A stretch of DNA of 64,000 nt from an uncultured Planctomycetaceae bacterium (GTDB lineage: Bacteria > Planctomycetota > Planctomycetia > Pirellulales > PALSA-1355): contig CAWAUV010000004.1 in assembly GCA_963785305.1 (NCBI GenBank), forward strand, positions 224,001-288,000, written 5' to 3'. The notes beneath the pieces were generated by a model. It was not told the DNA's origin. It did not search any database and was given only the letters and a program-made list of their open reading frames with translations. Below are positions 53,191 through 64,000 of the stretch, one piece after another. A program made the position numbers and the translations under genes. Each line of letters begins with the position of its first letter. The stretch's first letter is position 1.

Positions 53191-53673
53191 ACCTTCGCTT
53201 GGCCGAAAATCGTGATTCAGGCGGCCGGCGGTTCGGAACCGGAGAATCAAATCATCGGGCGCTCGGAGCGGCGAATGGGCTAGCTCCGGGCGCCCGCGGT
53301 TTTCTCGCACCTTGCTTTTTTCCGCGGATTGTTGCGCAAGGACCGCTTGCTGGTTCGTTTCGGCGCGGAGTAGGGCTTTCGATCACAACCCGAAACGTGA
53401 GTGAGGGCGGCGGGCCCACGCTCGCTCCATTGCGTGAACTCCATGTTCCTCCAGGGCGACTCATGAGAACGTGGGAGCTCGGAACCATTAAAATTCGGGC
53501 CGAAAACAAGCAAATATGGTACAAATAAGATAGGCGGCGGCGATGGTTTTCATCGCCTTGCGCGCCCCTTGATGTGCTCGGCGTCTGGTCTCGAAAAAGC
53601 GACCGCCGCGCGAGCCCCACCCGACGCGCAACGCCGCGCCACCCGACTGTTGAGATTTGGAAGGAGGCCCGTC

Positions 53674-54798
53674 ATGCGAATCGCTCTCACATTCAATGTG
53701 CGAATCGGCCGCCAATCGGCTCCACCGGGCGACCAGCCCGAGGATCCGCCCGCCCTTACGCCGAGCCACGAGCTCCCGGCCGACGAGCCCGATGGCCTCC
53801 CGGCTCCCGAGGTCGATGCGCTCGGCAGCCCGTTCGCCGCTTCCTGGGATCCCGAGGAGGAATACGACTCGCCGGCCACGATCCGCGCCATGGCAGAGGT
53901 GCTTGAATCGCTCGGCCACGAAGTCGATCTCTTGGGCGATGGCGAGTCGATGCTCCGCCGGCTGCTCAAGGGCCCGAAGCCCGACTTGGTGTTTAACATC
54001 GCCGAAGGGCGCGGCGAACTGCGTTCGCGCAAGGCGCATGTGCCGGCCGTGCTCGAAATGTTGGGCATTCCACACACCGGCTCCGATCCGCTCACCCTCG
54101 CGTCGACGCTCGACAAGGACTGCGCCAAGCGCTTGGTCGCCTCCTGGGGCGCCGCCACTCCGGCCTGGGCGATCTACAAAGGCGACTGGTCGGCGATTGC
54201 CGATCACGTGGCCGATATTCCATTTCCGGTGTTCATCAAGCCGGCTTACGAGGGCTCGAGCAAAGGCATCTTGACCTGCTGCCTGATCCACGATATCGAG
54301 GAGCTCCGCGCGACGCTCGCCCAATTGCACGCCACCTGCAAGCAGCCGGTGCTCATCGAGGAATTCATCGACGGCGACGAGCTCACGGTGGGCCTCGTGG
54401 GCAACGATCCGCCCGCGGTGCTCGGCGTGATGCGAGTGCTGCCCAAGGTCGACGACGGAGAGCCGTTTATCTACAGCCTCGACGTGAAGCACAATTACAA
54501 AGAGTTGGTCGACTACGAATGCCCGGCCAAGCTTTCGGCCGACGACACCGCCGCCGTGCATGAGGCGGCGATTCGATGTTGGAACGCGCTCGGCTGCCGC
54601 GATGTGTCGCGAATGGATTTTCGCCTTCGCCAGGGCACGCCCTATTTCCTGGAAGTCAATCCGTTGCCCGGTCTCTCGCCTTTTACCGGCGATCTCGTGA
54701 TCCTCTCGCGAGCCGTGGGCATTGAATATCCCGAGCTGCTTTCGCGGATCGTCGAGGCGGCCGTCGAACGCATGGAGCAACCGGTCTCCGTGGCCTAG
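53674..54798 (+). CDS. D-Ala-D-Ala-ligase-like ATP-grasp amidoligase 1
   Basis: AGGAGG RBS; EEYDSPATI, VFNIAEG, TGSDP, KPAYEGSSKGI, EEFIDGDE, RMDFR, LEVNPLPGL. Confidence 0.88.
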   Translation: MRIALTFNVRIGRQSAPPGDQPEDPPALTPSHELPADEPDGLPAPEVDALGSPFAASWDPEEEYDSPATIRAMAEVLESLGHEVDLLGDGESMLRRLLKGPKPDLVFNIAEGRGELRSRKAHVPAVLEMLGIPHTGSDPLTLASTLDKDCAKRLVASWGAATPAWAIYKGDWSAIADHVADIPFPVFIKPAYEGSSKGILTCCLIHDIEELRATLAQLHATCKQPVLIEEFIDGDELTVGLVGNDPPAVLGVMRVLPKVDDGEPFIYSLDVKHNYKELVDYECPAKLSADDTAAVHEAAIRCWNALGCRDVSRMDFRLRQGTPYFLEVNPLPGLSPFTGDLVILSRAVGIEYPELLSRIVEAAVERMEQPVSVA

Positions 54799-54802
54799 GC
54801 AC

Positions 54803-55875
54803 ATGCGCATGAACGACGCCCGCCCGAAGCAGCCCGAGCATGTGGCCGTGCTCTACAACGCGCCCACCTTGCCGCCCGAGCATCCCGACCACGCTTCCGA
54901 AGCGGGAGTGCTCGAAGCGGTCGAGGCGGTGGAAACCGCGCTGCGCTCCGCAGGCCGACGCGTTTCCCGGGCGGCGGTCTCAACCGATTGCCGCTCGCTG
55001 TGCGAGTCGCTCGCGCGGCTGGCGCCCGATGTGGTTTTCAATCTCTTCGAGGGTTTCCAGGGCGGCGGGGCGGGCCAAGGGCACATTGCCGCGCTCGTGG
55101 AACTTCTCGGACTGCCGCTCACCGGCGCCGGCCCGCGCTCGCTGCTGCTCACGCAGGACAAGGCCCGCTGCAATTGGATGCTCACCGCCGCCGGGGTTCC
55201 GACGCCGCCCTTTTATCACGCCGCGCGTGGGGCGAAGCTCGATCGCGAACGAGTCGGCGCGCTCCTGGCCGCGGGGCCCGTGATCGTGAAGCCGGCCTGC
55301 GAAGACGCCAGCCTCGGTATCGGCCCGGGCAGCGTGACGACATCGCTCGACGCCGCGCTCGGCCAATCGGCCATGTTGACCGAGCGCTATGGCGATGTGC
55401 TGATCGAGCGTTTCATTGCCGGCCGGGAATTCAATGTGGCGATCGTCGGATGGCCGCGTCCGCGACTTTTGCCGCTGGCCGAGATCGAGTTCGATTCGCG
55501 GCTTCTGGACCACGAGCGTCTCGTCACCTACGACGCCAAATGGTCGCCCGGCGGCGGCGCCGATCTGGCCACGCCGGTCCGCTGTCCGGCCGATGTGGCG
55601 CCGGAGCTTGCCCGGCGGATCGAACAAGTGGCGCTGGCCGCATATGAGCTCACGGACTGTCGCGACTATGCGCGGATCGATGTGCGGATCGACGCTCGCG
55701 GCGAGGCGTATGTGATCGACGTGAATAACAATTGCGACATCAGCCCTTCGGCCGGCCTTGTCCGGGCGCTCGGCGTGGCGGGGCAAAGTCACGCCGAGTT
55801 CATCGAGGAGCTGGTGACCGCCGCGTTTGCTCGAGGTCTCGCCACGGACTCGCATGCGCCGTCGGCGCGACTTAG
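54803..55875 (+). CDS. D-Ala-D-Ala-ligase-like ATP-grasp amidoligase 2 (3' end approximate; stop probably lost to an indel)
   Basis: VFNLFEG, KPACEDASLGI, ERFIAGREFN, TYDAKW, YARIDVR, IDVNNNCDI. Confidence 0.85.
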
Positions 55876-55972
55876 TTTGACGTTCGCTCGCCGCGCGGAT
55901 TATATTGACGGCCCATTCGTCGCTTTCCCCCTCGGAAGCGCATTCTCTCTTCCATCCGCGGAGCAAGCTCCC

Positions 55973-56926
55973 ATGAATCCCGATCACGATGGCGCGAATC
56001 CGTATGCTTCCGAGGGCGGTCCCGCCGCGAATCATCCCACGAGCGGCAAAGCAACCGCGAGCTTGGTGCTTGGCATTACTTCGCTCTTGCCGTGCATCTC
56101 GCTCTTCGCCGGCATTCCCGCGATTATCTTTGGCGCCTTGGGGCTGGGAGACATCGCGCGCAGCGGGGGACGCTTGCGGGGTAACGGTCGTGCGATCACG
56201 GGGATTACTACCGGGGGCATCAGTGTGCTCATGCTTCCGATCGCGGGAATACTGATCGCGCTGCTATTGCCGGCGGTGCAAGCGGCCCGCGACGCGGCGC
56301 GACGAAACAGTTCGATGAACAATCTCAAGCAAACGGCCTTGGCGATTCACAATTATGTGGATTCCAACCACCATCTTCCCGCCGCCGCGACTCGCGACGA
56401 CGCCGGCAACCCGCTCTGGAGTTGGCGAGTGGCGATTTTACCCTATCTAGATGAAACGCCGCTGTTCGATGCTTTCGCGAAAGATGAACCTTGGAACGGC
56501 CCCGCGAATCAACCGCTCGTCGCCCGTGAGCCGTCGGTGTATGTATCGCCCGGCGCCAATAATCGGATGCCCGGTGAGACCCATGTGCTGGCGATCGTGG
56601 ATCGCGAGGCGGCGTTCACGCCCGAAGGCCCTATCGGCTTCGAAGATATCAAGGACGGCGCGGCGAACACGCTACTGGCCGTCGAGCTGCAAGACTCGGG
56701 AGTCATGTGGTCGGAGCCGCGCGACTTATCGATCGACGAATTCATCGCGGCCATGAAGCGTCAGCCCGGCGAACCAGGTCCGCGACCGATCTACCACGCG
56801 GGCGTTTGCGCCGTGTTCGCCGATGGCTCGACGCGGTTGCTTGCTCCCGATTTGCACGAAGCGGTGCTGCGCTCGCTTTGCACCCGCGCGGGCGGTGAAA
56901 ATGTGCGACTGCAAGATTTCGATTGA
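55973..56926 (+). CDS. DUF4190 + DUF1559 family membrane-anchored protein
   Basis: NPY motif, KATASLVLGI (DUF4190), ALLLPAVQAARDAARRNSSMNNLKQ, LWSWRVAILPYL, DIKDG, AVFADGS. Confidence 0.85.
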   Translation: MNPDHDGANPYASEGGPAANHPTSGKATASLVLGITSLLPCISLFAGIPAIIFGALGLGDIARSGGRLRGNGRAITGITTGGISVLMLPIAGILIALLLPAVQAARDAARRNSSMNNLKQTALAIHNYVDSNHHLPAAATRDDAGNPLWSWRVAILPYLDETPLFDAFAKDEPWNGPANQPLVAREPSVYVSPGANNRMPGETHVLAIVDREAAFTPEGPIGFEDIKDGAANTLLAVELQDSGVMWSEPRDLSIDEFIAAMKRQPGEPGPRPIYHAGVCAVFADGSTRLLAPDLHEAVLRSLCTRAGGENVRLQDFD

Positions 56927-57074
56927 CACGGTGACGATCACGCGCGGGTATCGGCCACCGCCGCGCTCGACATTGAACGCGGCGAGTTTTGTGCGGCGCT
57001 TCACGAGCTCGAAAAATGTCGCAAGCATATTTTTCAACAAGCTGACCGAAGCCTCTTATGCGGAAGACGGCCCC

Positions 57075-57839
57075 ATGATTATGGATGCGGACGAAGAACA
57101 GTCTCGCAAATCGAAATCGAATCGCGCCATTGGCGTCGGCGCCCTGGTGATCTTTGGCGGCTTGATAGCGGTGGCGACGCCCTTTGTGCTTGCCGCGCGC
57201 GAGGCCGCGCGGCGAAATGTGTCGATGAAGCATATCGAGGAAATCGGGCATGGAATGCAGTCGTATCATTCCGCACAAATGCGCTTCCCCGCCGTCGCCC
57301 TTCGCGACGACGCGGGAAATCCATTGTTGAGCTGGCGGGTGCTGATAACTCGCTATTGCGGCGAGGAAGCGGCGGTCTTAGGCAACGCTTTCAAGAAAAA
57401 CGAGCCCTGGAACAGTCCCGCGAACATGCCGCTCGCCGAGAGGGCTCCGATGATCTATGTCGCGCCGCAAGGGCTCGACTTCAATCATGGCGAGACCAAC
57501 GTGCTCGCGGTGGTCGATCTCGATACCGTAATCACGCCCGATGGCCAAGTGAACTTACGCGATATCGCCGATGGCGCGGCCAACACGATACTGGCCGTCG
57601 AGCTGCAAGACTCGGGAGTCATCTGGTCGGAGCCGCGCGACTTGACGATCGACGAATTTATCGCGGCCATGAAGCGTCAGCCCGGCGAACCGGGGCCGCG
57701 ACCGATCTATCGTGACGTGGTTATGTGTCTCTATGCCGACGGCGGCACTCGCGGCCTTCCGATCGATACGACGCCCGAAATGCTCCGGGCTCTTTGTACC
57801 CGTGCCGGCGGCGAAAACGCGCAAGTCGGCAAGGAATGA
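57075..57839 (+). CDS. DUF1559 family protein (tandem paralog)
   Basis: AAREAARR, LLSWRVLI, EPWNSPAN, DIADGAANT, LYADG. Confidence 0.82.
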   Translation: MIMDADEEQSRKSKSNRAIGVGALVIFGGLIAVATPFVLAAREAARRNVSMKHIEEIGHGMQSYHSAQMRFPAVALRDDAGNPLLSWRVLITRYCGEEAAVLGNAFKKNEPWNSPANMPLAERAPMIYVAPQGLDFNHGETNVLAVVDLDTVITPDGQVNLRDIADGAANTILAVELQDSGVIWSEPRDLTIDEFIAAMKRQPGEPGPRPIYRDVVMCLYADGGTRGLPIDTTPEMLRALCTRAGGENAQVGKE

Positions 57840-57884
57840 CGCGACGCGGCTTGGTGTCGCTTGCCACGAATTCAATCGAGAGCC

Positions 57885-58383
57885 GTGAACCGCGCGGCGC
57901 CGATTGCACAAAGAGGATCCTACGTCTTGCTTGCATTCGTCATAATTCTTGCGATTGTGTTCATCGCGCCGCTGGCGGGGGCCGGATTCTTTCCGCCGGG
58001 CGAGTGGCATGCCGAGTTGGTCAAGCCGCCGCTGAATCCGCCCAACTGGGTGTTTGGACCGGTCTGGACGGTGCTTTATCTGATGCAGACGATCGCGCGT
58101 GTGGCGCATTTGGCGCCGGCACGCGGCGCCGGACGCCGGGCTCGCGATCGCGATCTTCGCGGTGCAGCTTGTGCTGAACGCGCTCTGGACGCCGCTCTTT
58201 TTCGGCCTGCATTCGCTCGCCGGCTCGCTCGCGGATATCATCATGCTTTGGCTCGCGATCGCGGCGACGATGGCGACCTTTGCCCGGATCGATCGCGTGG
58301 CGACTTGGCTGCTCGCGCCCTACTGGGTCTGGGTTTCCTTTGCCACCTATTTGAACTTCATGATCTGGCGGCTCAATTCTTAA
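57885..58383 (+). CDS. tspO: TspO/MBR tryptophan-rich sensory protein (frameshift near 58100)
   Basis: W...[51 protein letters not shown]. Confidence 0.9.
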
Positions 58384-58480
58384 ACGGCCCACGCGAGGCT
58401 AAAGAACCCGCGGAGGGAGTTTGCCGGGAATGTCGGACCACCGCGCGGCAATTGCGTTGCGAAATCATTTCGGACTTGTG

Positions 58481-59985
58481 ATGAGCATGTATCCACGGAA
58501 CACGAGATTGCCGCGATGTCTCGGCGCAATCGCGCTCATGATGTTCGCAACGATGGCGCGGGCCGACGAACAAGTGGCCGCGGCGCGGGGCGAGTGGCGC
58601 GGAATGCGGTTTATCGACAATGGCGAGCTTCGCCTGGGGGTCGATCTCGATCGCGGCGGGGCGATCACCTATCTCAGCGCGGCCGCCGATCCGGCACCGC
58701 GCGAAAGACGCCTTCGGGCAACGCGGCGGCGCCGGATCACTCGGCGGATAAGGAAATCGGTGCGGCGACGAGCCAAGACGCTCCCGAAAATATCGTCAAC
58801 AATTGGGACGACGGCCGCCAGATTCAGCTTTCGTTTTACTCGGGGCCGGTTCCGTTCGGCGCGGGCGATCAGCAGCCGGCGCCGCACTGGGCGGGCCTGG
58901 GTTGGAACCCGATCCAGGCCGGCGATTGCCACGGCCACGGCTCGTCGACGCTCGACTTTCGCTCCGATGGAAAGAGCCTCTATGTCCGCTGCCGGCCGAT
59001 GCAATGGCCGCTCGAAAACGTGCCGGGTGATTGTGTGTTTGAATCCTGGATCACGCTCGAAGGATCGACCGCCCGGCTGCGCGGCAAGCTCACCAACCAG
59101 CGGAGCGACCATCGCCAGTACCCGGCCCGGGGGCAAGAACTGCCGGCAATCTATACCAATGGCGCTTATTATCGACTGATGACCTATCGCGGCGCGAAGC
59201 CGTTTACCGGCGGACCGCTGGAGAGGATTGAAAAGCAGGGCGGCGATGCCCGCGATCCCTGGTCGCATTGGCAAGCGACCGAGCATTGGGCGGCGCTGGT
59301 GCGCGACGACGATTGGGGCTTGGGTGTCTGGTTTCCCGGTTGTCAGCCATTTACCGGGGGATTCGCCGGCAAGCCCGGCGCGGGCGGCTCGCACGACAAT
59401 CCGACCGGCTACCTGACCCCCAATCCACATGAGATTCTCGATCACGACATCGAGTACGAATTCGAATGCGTGCTCGTGGTCGGCAGCCTCGAGGCAATTC
59501 GCCGCTATGCGACCGAACACGATCGGCCGGCCAGCCCGCCGCGATATCGCTTTGCCGGCGATCGGCGCCACTGGTATTTGATCAACGCCACCGACCAAGG
59601 GTGGCCGATTGGCGAGACTTGGCGCGTGAAGCTCGAGGCCGACGATCCGCAGTTGATCTCGCCCGAGGGACTTTGGCAAGCGAGCGGGGCGAGGCGGCTG
59701 GTGATCGAAGCGGCCTACGACGCCCCGAGCGGCGATACATCGGGTCGCGATGGCGGCAAACGGCGAGGCGTCGTGTTTTGGCGGCGCTGGGAGGCGCCGG
59801 GCTTTAAAGAAGCGGCAAGCCTGCCGATCGAGTTCATCGCCGATGGTCAAATGCGGCGTTACGAGCTCGACCTTTCGGCCTCGAGCGAATACGCGGGCGC
59901 CATCAGCGGCCTGAGGATCGATCCCACTCCGAGCGGCGCCTCCGGCGAATCGATTACGGTGCGCGAGATTCGTTTCGAGCGATGA
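58481..59985 (+). CDS. Exported hypothetical protein, probably beta-rich and carbohydrate-related (frameshift near 58710)
   Basis: Signal peptide ending ARA; LGVDLDRGGAITYL, NIVNNWDDGRQIQLSFYSGP, C-terminal LRIDP module. Confidence 0.6.
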
Positions 59986-60039
59986 AGCGCGACGGGCGAA
60001 GGAGGCATGAAGGTGGTTTTAGCGACTGCCTTCGACGGG

Positions 60040-61654
60040 TCATTCATCGCCCGCGATAGTGATTTGCCGATCGGAAAAACCACTTTCCATCGTGAGCGTC
60101 ACCTCGCCGGATTTGCCGGCCACGGCGGCGTGGAATTGCTTGGGCGTGCTCACAATCGTCTTGCCCACGCGCAGCACTCGCATATCGGGCTGGATTCCGG
60201 CGGCGGCGGCCGCGCTGCCCGGCGCGACGCTGGTGACCAGAATCTGGTCGCGATAGTCTCGCTTGGCCGATGCATAATCGACCACCATTCCGCGCCACGC
60301 CGGCGCCGGCGTGGTGGCGATAATCTTGCCAACGACGGCATACTTCGTAAGCTCGACCATTTTGGGAATCGTTTGTCCGTCGCGCACGACATTCAAACGC
60401 ACCACGCCATCGGCCGGTTGCTTGCCGACCTCGAGCACCAGCCCATCGGAATCGTAAATCGGGCGGCCGTCGACATGGGTGATGATGTCATCCGACCGCA
60501 GTTTGGCGCGGCCGGCGGGGGTGCCCTCAAGCACATTCACCACGCGCATGCCATGCCGGCCGGCCAACACTTCCTCGCGGCTAAGATTGCCGGGCGAGAT
60601 GCCCAAGAAACCATATTCGACCTCGCGGCCGCTCTTAAGGGTTTCGATCACGCGGCGAAAGGCGTCGTCCATGGGCACTGCATAGCCGGCGGCTTGCTCG
60701 TAGCCGGGCAGCGCGGCGGTGGCGGTCAATAGGCCGATCATTTCGCCCTTGAGATCGATAAGCGCCCCGCCGCTCGTGCCGAGATTGAGCTTGGCGTCGG
60801 TTTGGATCAGCGTGCCATATTGATGCAGCGTGGTTCGCGGCCGAGATTGGCGAGTGTCCTCAGCGCTGCGCCGGCGGACCCTTCCGCGAGAGATTCGAAA
60901 TAATTCCCCAACTGGCGCTTACTTGCCCATCGCGGGCGATCGCATAAGGGTTGCCCAGCGCGATCACGATTTGCCCCTTTTTGAGCGCCCCGCCATCGCC
61001 GAACTTGATCGGCGCGAGGTCATGGGCGTCGATCGCGAGCACCGCCAGGTCGCTCCGCGGATCGGCCGCTTTCTTTCTCGCCTTGTACGTGCGCCGGGCG
61101 GGAGTGGTCACATAAAAGACATCGGAATCGTCGATGTCGTGCCCCTCGTCGGCCAGCACATGATAGTTCGTCAGGATCAGGCCATCGCGGTCGATCACCA
61201 CGCCGGCCCCGAAATTGTTGGGAATAAAATCGGCGTCTTCCGGCTTCGGAGTGATATTGAACCGCGGCCGCCCAAAGGGATCGAACGGATGATCGAATGT
61301 GGCGTCGTCGCGCTCGCCACGCTTCACGCGCGCAATCGCCACGACCGAGTTCTCGGCCGACGCAATCGCCCCGGTCAGCGCCTGCTCGATCGCCGCCACC
61401 ACCGCGAGGCCGCTCGGCGCCGCCGGACCGGTAACCGAGGGCGGCTGCCCGGCAGCAGCCGCCGCGGGCTCTTGAGCCCAGAGCGGAGTAGCGCCCGCGA
61501 ACAAAGCGACGCCAACTGAAGCGATTCCAAACAGCGCGCCCAAAAGCGCCACGCGCGCCACGAAACCGCGCCGCCGCCAAACGCGCAGCCTGCGACTCGA
61601 TCGCGACCTATCGTCGTCTGCCACGCCACGCCCAGCCATGCCACGCATCGTCAT
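60040..61654 (-). CDS. Trypsin-like serine protease with PDZ domains (HtrA/DegP family; frameshift near 60870; start approximate)
   Basis: ILTNYHV (His), DPRSDLAVL (Asp), ALGNPY, IQTDAKLNLGTSGG (Ser), two PDZ-like regions. Confidence 0.88.
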
Positions 61655-61727
61655 GCTCGTATCCTCGAAATGTCCGAGGAGCTTCAGCGCGACGGTGGGC
61701 GACATTTCCACTCCGGCGCGAGCTCTT

Positions 61728-62852
61728 TTACGATTCTACCTCGTCATCGGCCGGAGCGTCGTCGCCAGCCGCGGGCTGCGAGACGGCCAAATCGCTCGAA
61801 GCCATGATCTTTTCGCGCAGTTCTTCGGTCAGGGCCGGATTTTCCAGCATGTAGGCCCGAGTCTTTTCGCGGCCTTGTCCCAAATGCAAGTCGCCGTAGC
61901 GAAACCAAGCCCCCGAGCGAATCACCAGCTTGGCGGCGATCGCCAAGTCGAGCACATCGCCCTCGTAGCTGATGCCGCCTTGGTGCATCATATCAAATTC
62001 CGCGACCCGGAAAGGCGGGGCGACCTTGTTTTTCACCACTTTGGCCCGAACTCGCTGGCCGACCACGTCTTCGCCTTCCTTGAGCTGTCCGGTGCGGCGA
62101 ACATCGATGCGGCACGACGAATAGAACTTCAATGCTCGACCACCGGGCGTGGTTTCGGGGCTGCCGAACATCACCCCGATTTTCTCGCGAATCTGATTGA
62201 TGAAAATCACCGCCGTCTTGCTCTTGGAGATCACGCCGGTGAGCTTCCGCATCGCCTGGCTCATTAGCCGCGCCTGGAGGCCCACATGCGAATCGCCAAT
62301 TTCGCCTTCAAGCTCTTTCTTGGGCACGAGAGCCGCCACCGAGTCGATCACGATAATGTCCACCGCGTTGCTTTTGATGAGCATTTCGGTGATGTTCATC
62401 GCCTCTTCGCCGCTACCCGGCTGGCTCACCAGCAATGTTTCAAGCGACACGCCCAGCTTCTTGGCCCAACTTGGGTCGAGGGCGTGCTCCGCGTCGATAA
62501 AAGCGGCGATACCGCCCGTCTTTTGCGCCTGCGCCACCACATGCAGGGCGAGCGTCGTTTTGCCGCTCGATTCGGGACCGAAGATTTCGATAATGCGACC
62601 GCGCGGAATACCCTGGCCGCCCAGCGCCATGTCGAGCGAGAGGCTGCCGGTCGGAATGCCCGAAATGCGCACGGCATGGTCGGCGCCGAGCGGCATAATG
62701 GCGCCTTCGCCGAACTCTTTTTCAATTTGGGCCACGGCGTGCTTCAGGTCCGGATGATCGTCGAACACCGACTTGGCCGCGGGCTCTTTGCTTTTCTTGA
62801 CCGGCTTGGATTCTTTGGGCATGCGATTGTTACTTTTGGTGGCGGTGACCAT
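61728..62852 (-). CDS. recA: Recombinase RecA
   Basis: [61 protein letters not shown]. Confidence 0.99.
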   Translation of the reverse strand: MVTATKSNNRMPKESKPVKKSKEPAAKSVFDDHPDLKHAVAQIEKEFGEGAIMPLGADHAVRISGIPTGSLSLDMALGGQGIPRGRIIEIFGPESSGKTTLALHVVAQAQKTGGIAAFIDAEHALDPSWAKKLGVSLETLLVSQPGSGEEAMNITEMLIKSNAVDIIVIDSVAALVPKKELEGEIGDSHVGLQARLMSQAMRKLTGVISKSKTAVIFINQIREKIGVMFGSPETTPGGRALKFYSSCRIDVRRTGQLKEGEDVVGQRVRAKVVKNKVAPPFRVAEFDMMHQGGISYEGDVLDLAIAAKLVIRSGAWFRYGDLHLGQGREKTRAYMLENPALTEELREKIMASSDLAVSQPAAGDDAPADDEVES

Positions 62853-63086
62853 GCGAGCCGTTCCTTCGGGAAAGGGATGCGGGGGACACGTGAACGCATG
62901 TATATTATCGGCCCGATGCCGTGATGACAATAGGAACGCGCGAAAAATTATCCTTTCCCGAATCAGGGGCCAACGATGGAGCGGCCCCCTTGGACCTTAA
63001 TCCCAGCCGCGAAACATCTTAGCAAAATAAATGCCGCGGCCAAAAACAATTCTCGCCGGCGCCTTTTTCGATTTTTCGACAGGCTG

Positions 63087-63659
63087 TTAGCCGCCGAGCT
63101 CGGCATGGCCCAGCGAGTGGTAGACCGGCCCCTCGCGCGTCAGGTCGCTCGACATCACGGCCGTTTCGTAAATTGTGGTCAGACCGCCATCGAACCCTGC
63201 CTCGGCCGCGATTCGCTCCGAAAGTTCGGCCAGCCCGGACTGCCCGCGCACGCGCCCCAAGGTGAGATGCGGCCGATAGCGACGGGCCTCGGGCCGGAAA
63301 CCGATCTCGGCCAAGCGGGCTTCGATCGCCTCTTGCAGCGCGATCATCGCTTCAGACCCCTCGCCGGCGCCAAGCCAGATCGTGCGCGGACGGTGGATGT
63401 CGGGAAAGGCGCCCACGCCCACGGCCTCGATATCGAACGGCTTGACTTCGGCCACGGCCGCGGCGACCGCCTCGCAAATGCGGGCCGCCTCGAGCAATTT
63501 CACATCGCCGAGAAACTTAAGTGTCCAGTGCATCTGGTCCGGCTTGGCCCAGTGGACTTTGGCCGGCGTCGAACGCAGTCGGGCGATGAGTTGGGCGGCG
63601 CGAGCTTGTATCTCGGGCGGCGCTTCCACGGCGACAAAGGCGCGAATGTATTGCGACAT
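63087..63659 (-). CDS. thpR: RNA 2',3'-cyclic phosphodiesterase (2H family)
   Basis: Two HxT motifs (HWTLKFLG, PHLTLGR); upstream of recA. Confidence 0.9.
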   Translation of the reverse strand: MSQYIRAFVAVEAPPEIQARAAQLIARLRSTPAKVHWAKPDQMHWTLKFLGDVKLLEAARICEAVAAAVAEVKPFDIEAVGVGAFPDIHRPRTIWLGAGEGSEAMIALQEAIEARLAEIGFRPEARRYRPHLTLGRVRGQSGLAELSERIAAEAGFDGGLTTIYETAVMSSDLTREGPVYHSLGHAELGG

Positions 63660-63692
63660 GATCGCATGATTCTACCACATGGCGGATAGGCT

Positions 63693-64000
63693 CTAAAATC
63701 GGAGCATGCGGCGATATTCCTCGAATCGCCGGTCGAGGTCGACTCGCTCGATCTGTCGCATTCGGTCGAGACTGAAATCCTCGACATTGAAACTGGCCAC
63801 GACAATGCCGTAGGCGAGCGCGGTTTTGATGGTCTGAGCGTCGTGGCGACCGACGGACGCAAGATAGCCCATCATGCCGCCGGCAAAGCTATCGCCCGCC
63901 CCGGTCGGGTCGACGACGCGGTCCGTGGGAAAGGCGGGCAGCGAATACACCCCGTCTTGGTCGAAGAACATGGCGCCGTGTTCGCCTTTCTTCACGATCA
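63693..64000 (-). CDS. PfkB-family carbohydrate kinase, C-terminal part (truncated by window)
   Basis: KKGEHGA and DPTGAGDSFAGG PfkB signature. Confidence 0.88.
   Translation of the reverse strand, partial: IVKKGEHGAMFFDQDGVYSLPAFPTDRVVDPTGAGDSFAGGMMGYLASVGRHDAQTIKTALAYGIVVASFNVEDFSLDRMRQIERVDLDRRFEEYRRMLRF

Noticed and set aside
53384..53430. REP element between kamA and the first ATP-grasp gene
   Set aside because: ACAACCCGAAACGTGAGTGAGGG resembles one REP arm, but the complementary arm is too degenerate to support a call.
54722..56926. 734-aa ATP-grasp-DUF4190-DUF1559 fusion protein
   Set aside because: The linker holds an out-of-frame TAG (55873-55875), a promoter-like TTGACG-N18-TATATT (55877-55906) and a GGAG RBS before ATG 55973. 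Given the indel rate, two separate genes with a lost stop is more likely.

Overview
GC-rich bacterial window whose gene content suggests Planctomycetota (DUF1559 paralogs, ISAzo13 remnant, REP-like palindromes). It carries many isolated single-base frameshifts that look like uncorrected long-read errors. The chromosomal backbone encodes a hybrid histidine kinase, SWIM-SNF2 helicase, GT2 plus membrane partner, glnE, aminotransferase, O-methyltransferase, Nudix, aldehyde dehydrogenase, split transketolase, rfbG/rfbH-like sugar genes, PhnP-like MBL hydrolase, SGNH hydrolase, AAA ATPase, leuS, mntH, usp, nfo, an MFS transporter, a KamA plus two ATP-grasp ligase cluster, tspO, an HtrA-like protease, recA, thpR and a PfkB kinase. 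The main feature is a complete ~13.2 kb element (27030-40219) integrated in tRNA-Cys(GCA) between exact 45-bp att repeats. It looks like a phage satellite: integrase, Xis-like HTH, SF3 helicase with an iteron-flanked AT-rich origin, two duplicated Ogr/Delta-like Zn-finger genes, HNH, a cos-like region, TerS, TerL and an HK97-type prohead protease. It has no recognisable portal, major capsid, tail or lysis gene. Inside it is a non-coding ~65-bp-period array in which a conserved repeat alternates with different perfect palindromes. A two-gene ImmA/IrrE peptidase plus small putative toxin module is inserted in the sugar cluster. All protein calls come from motif recognition by eye; no database searches were run.
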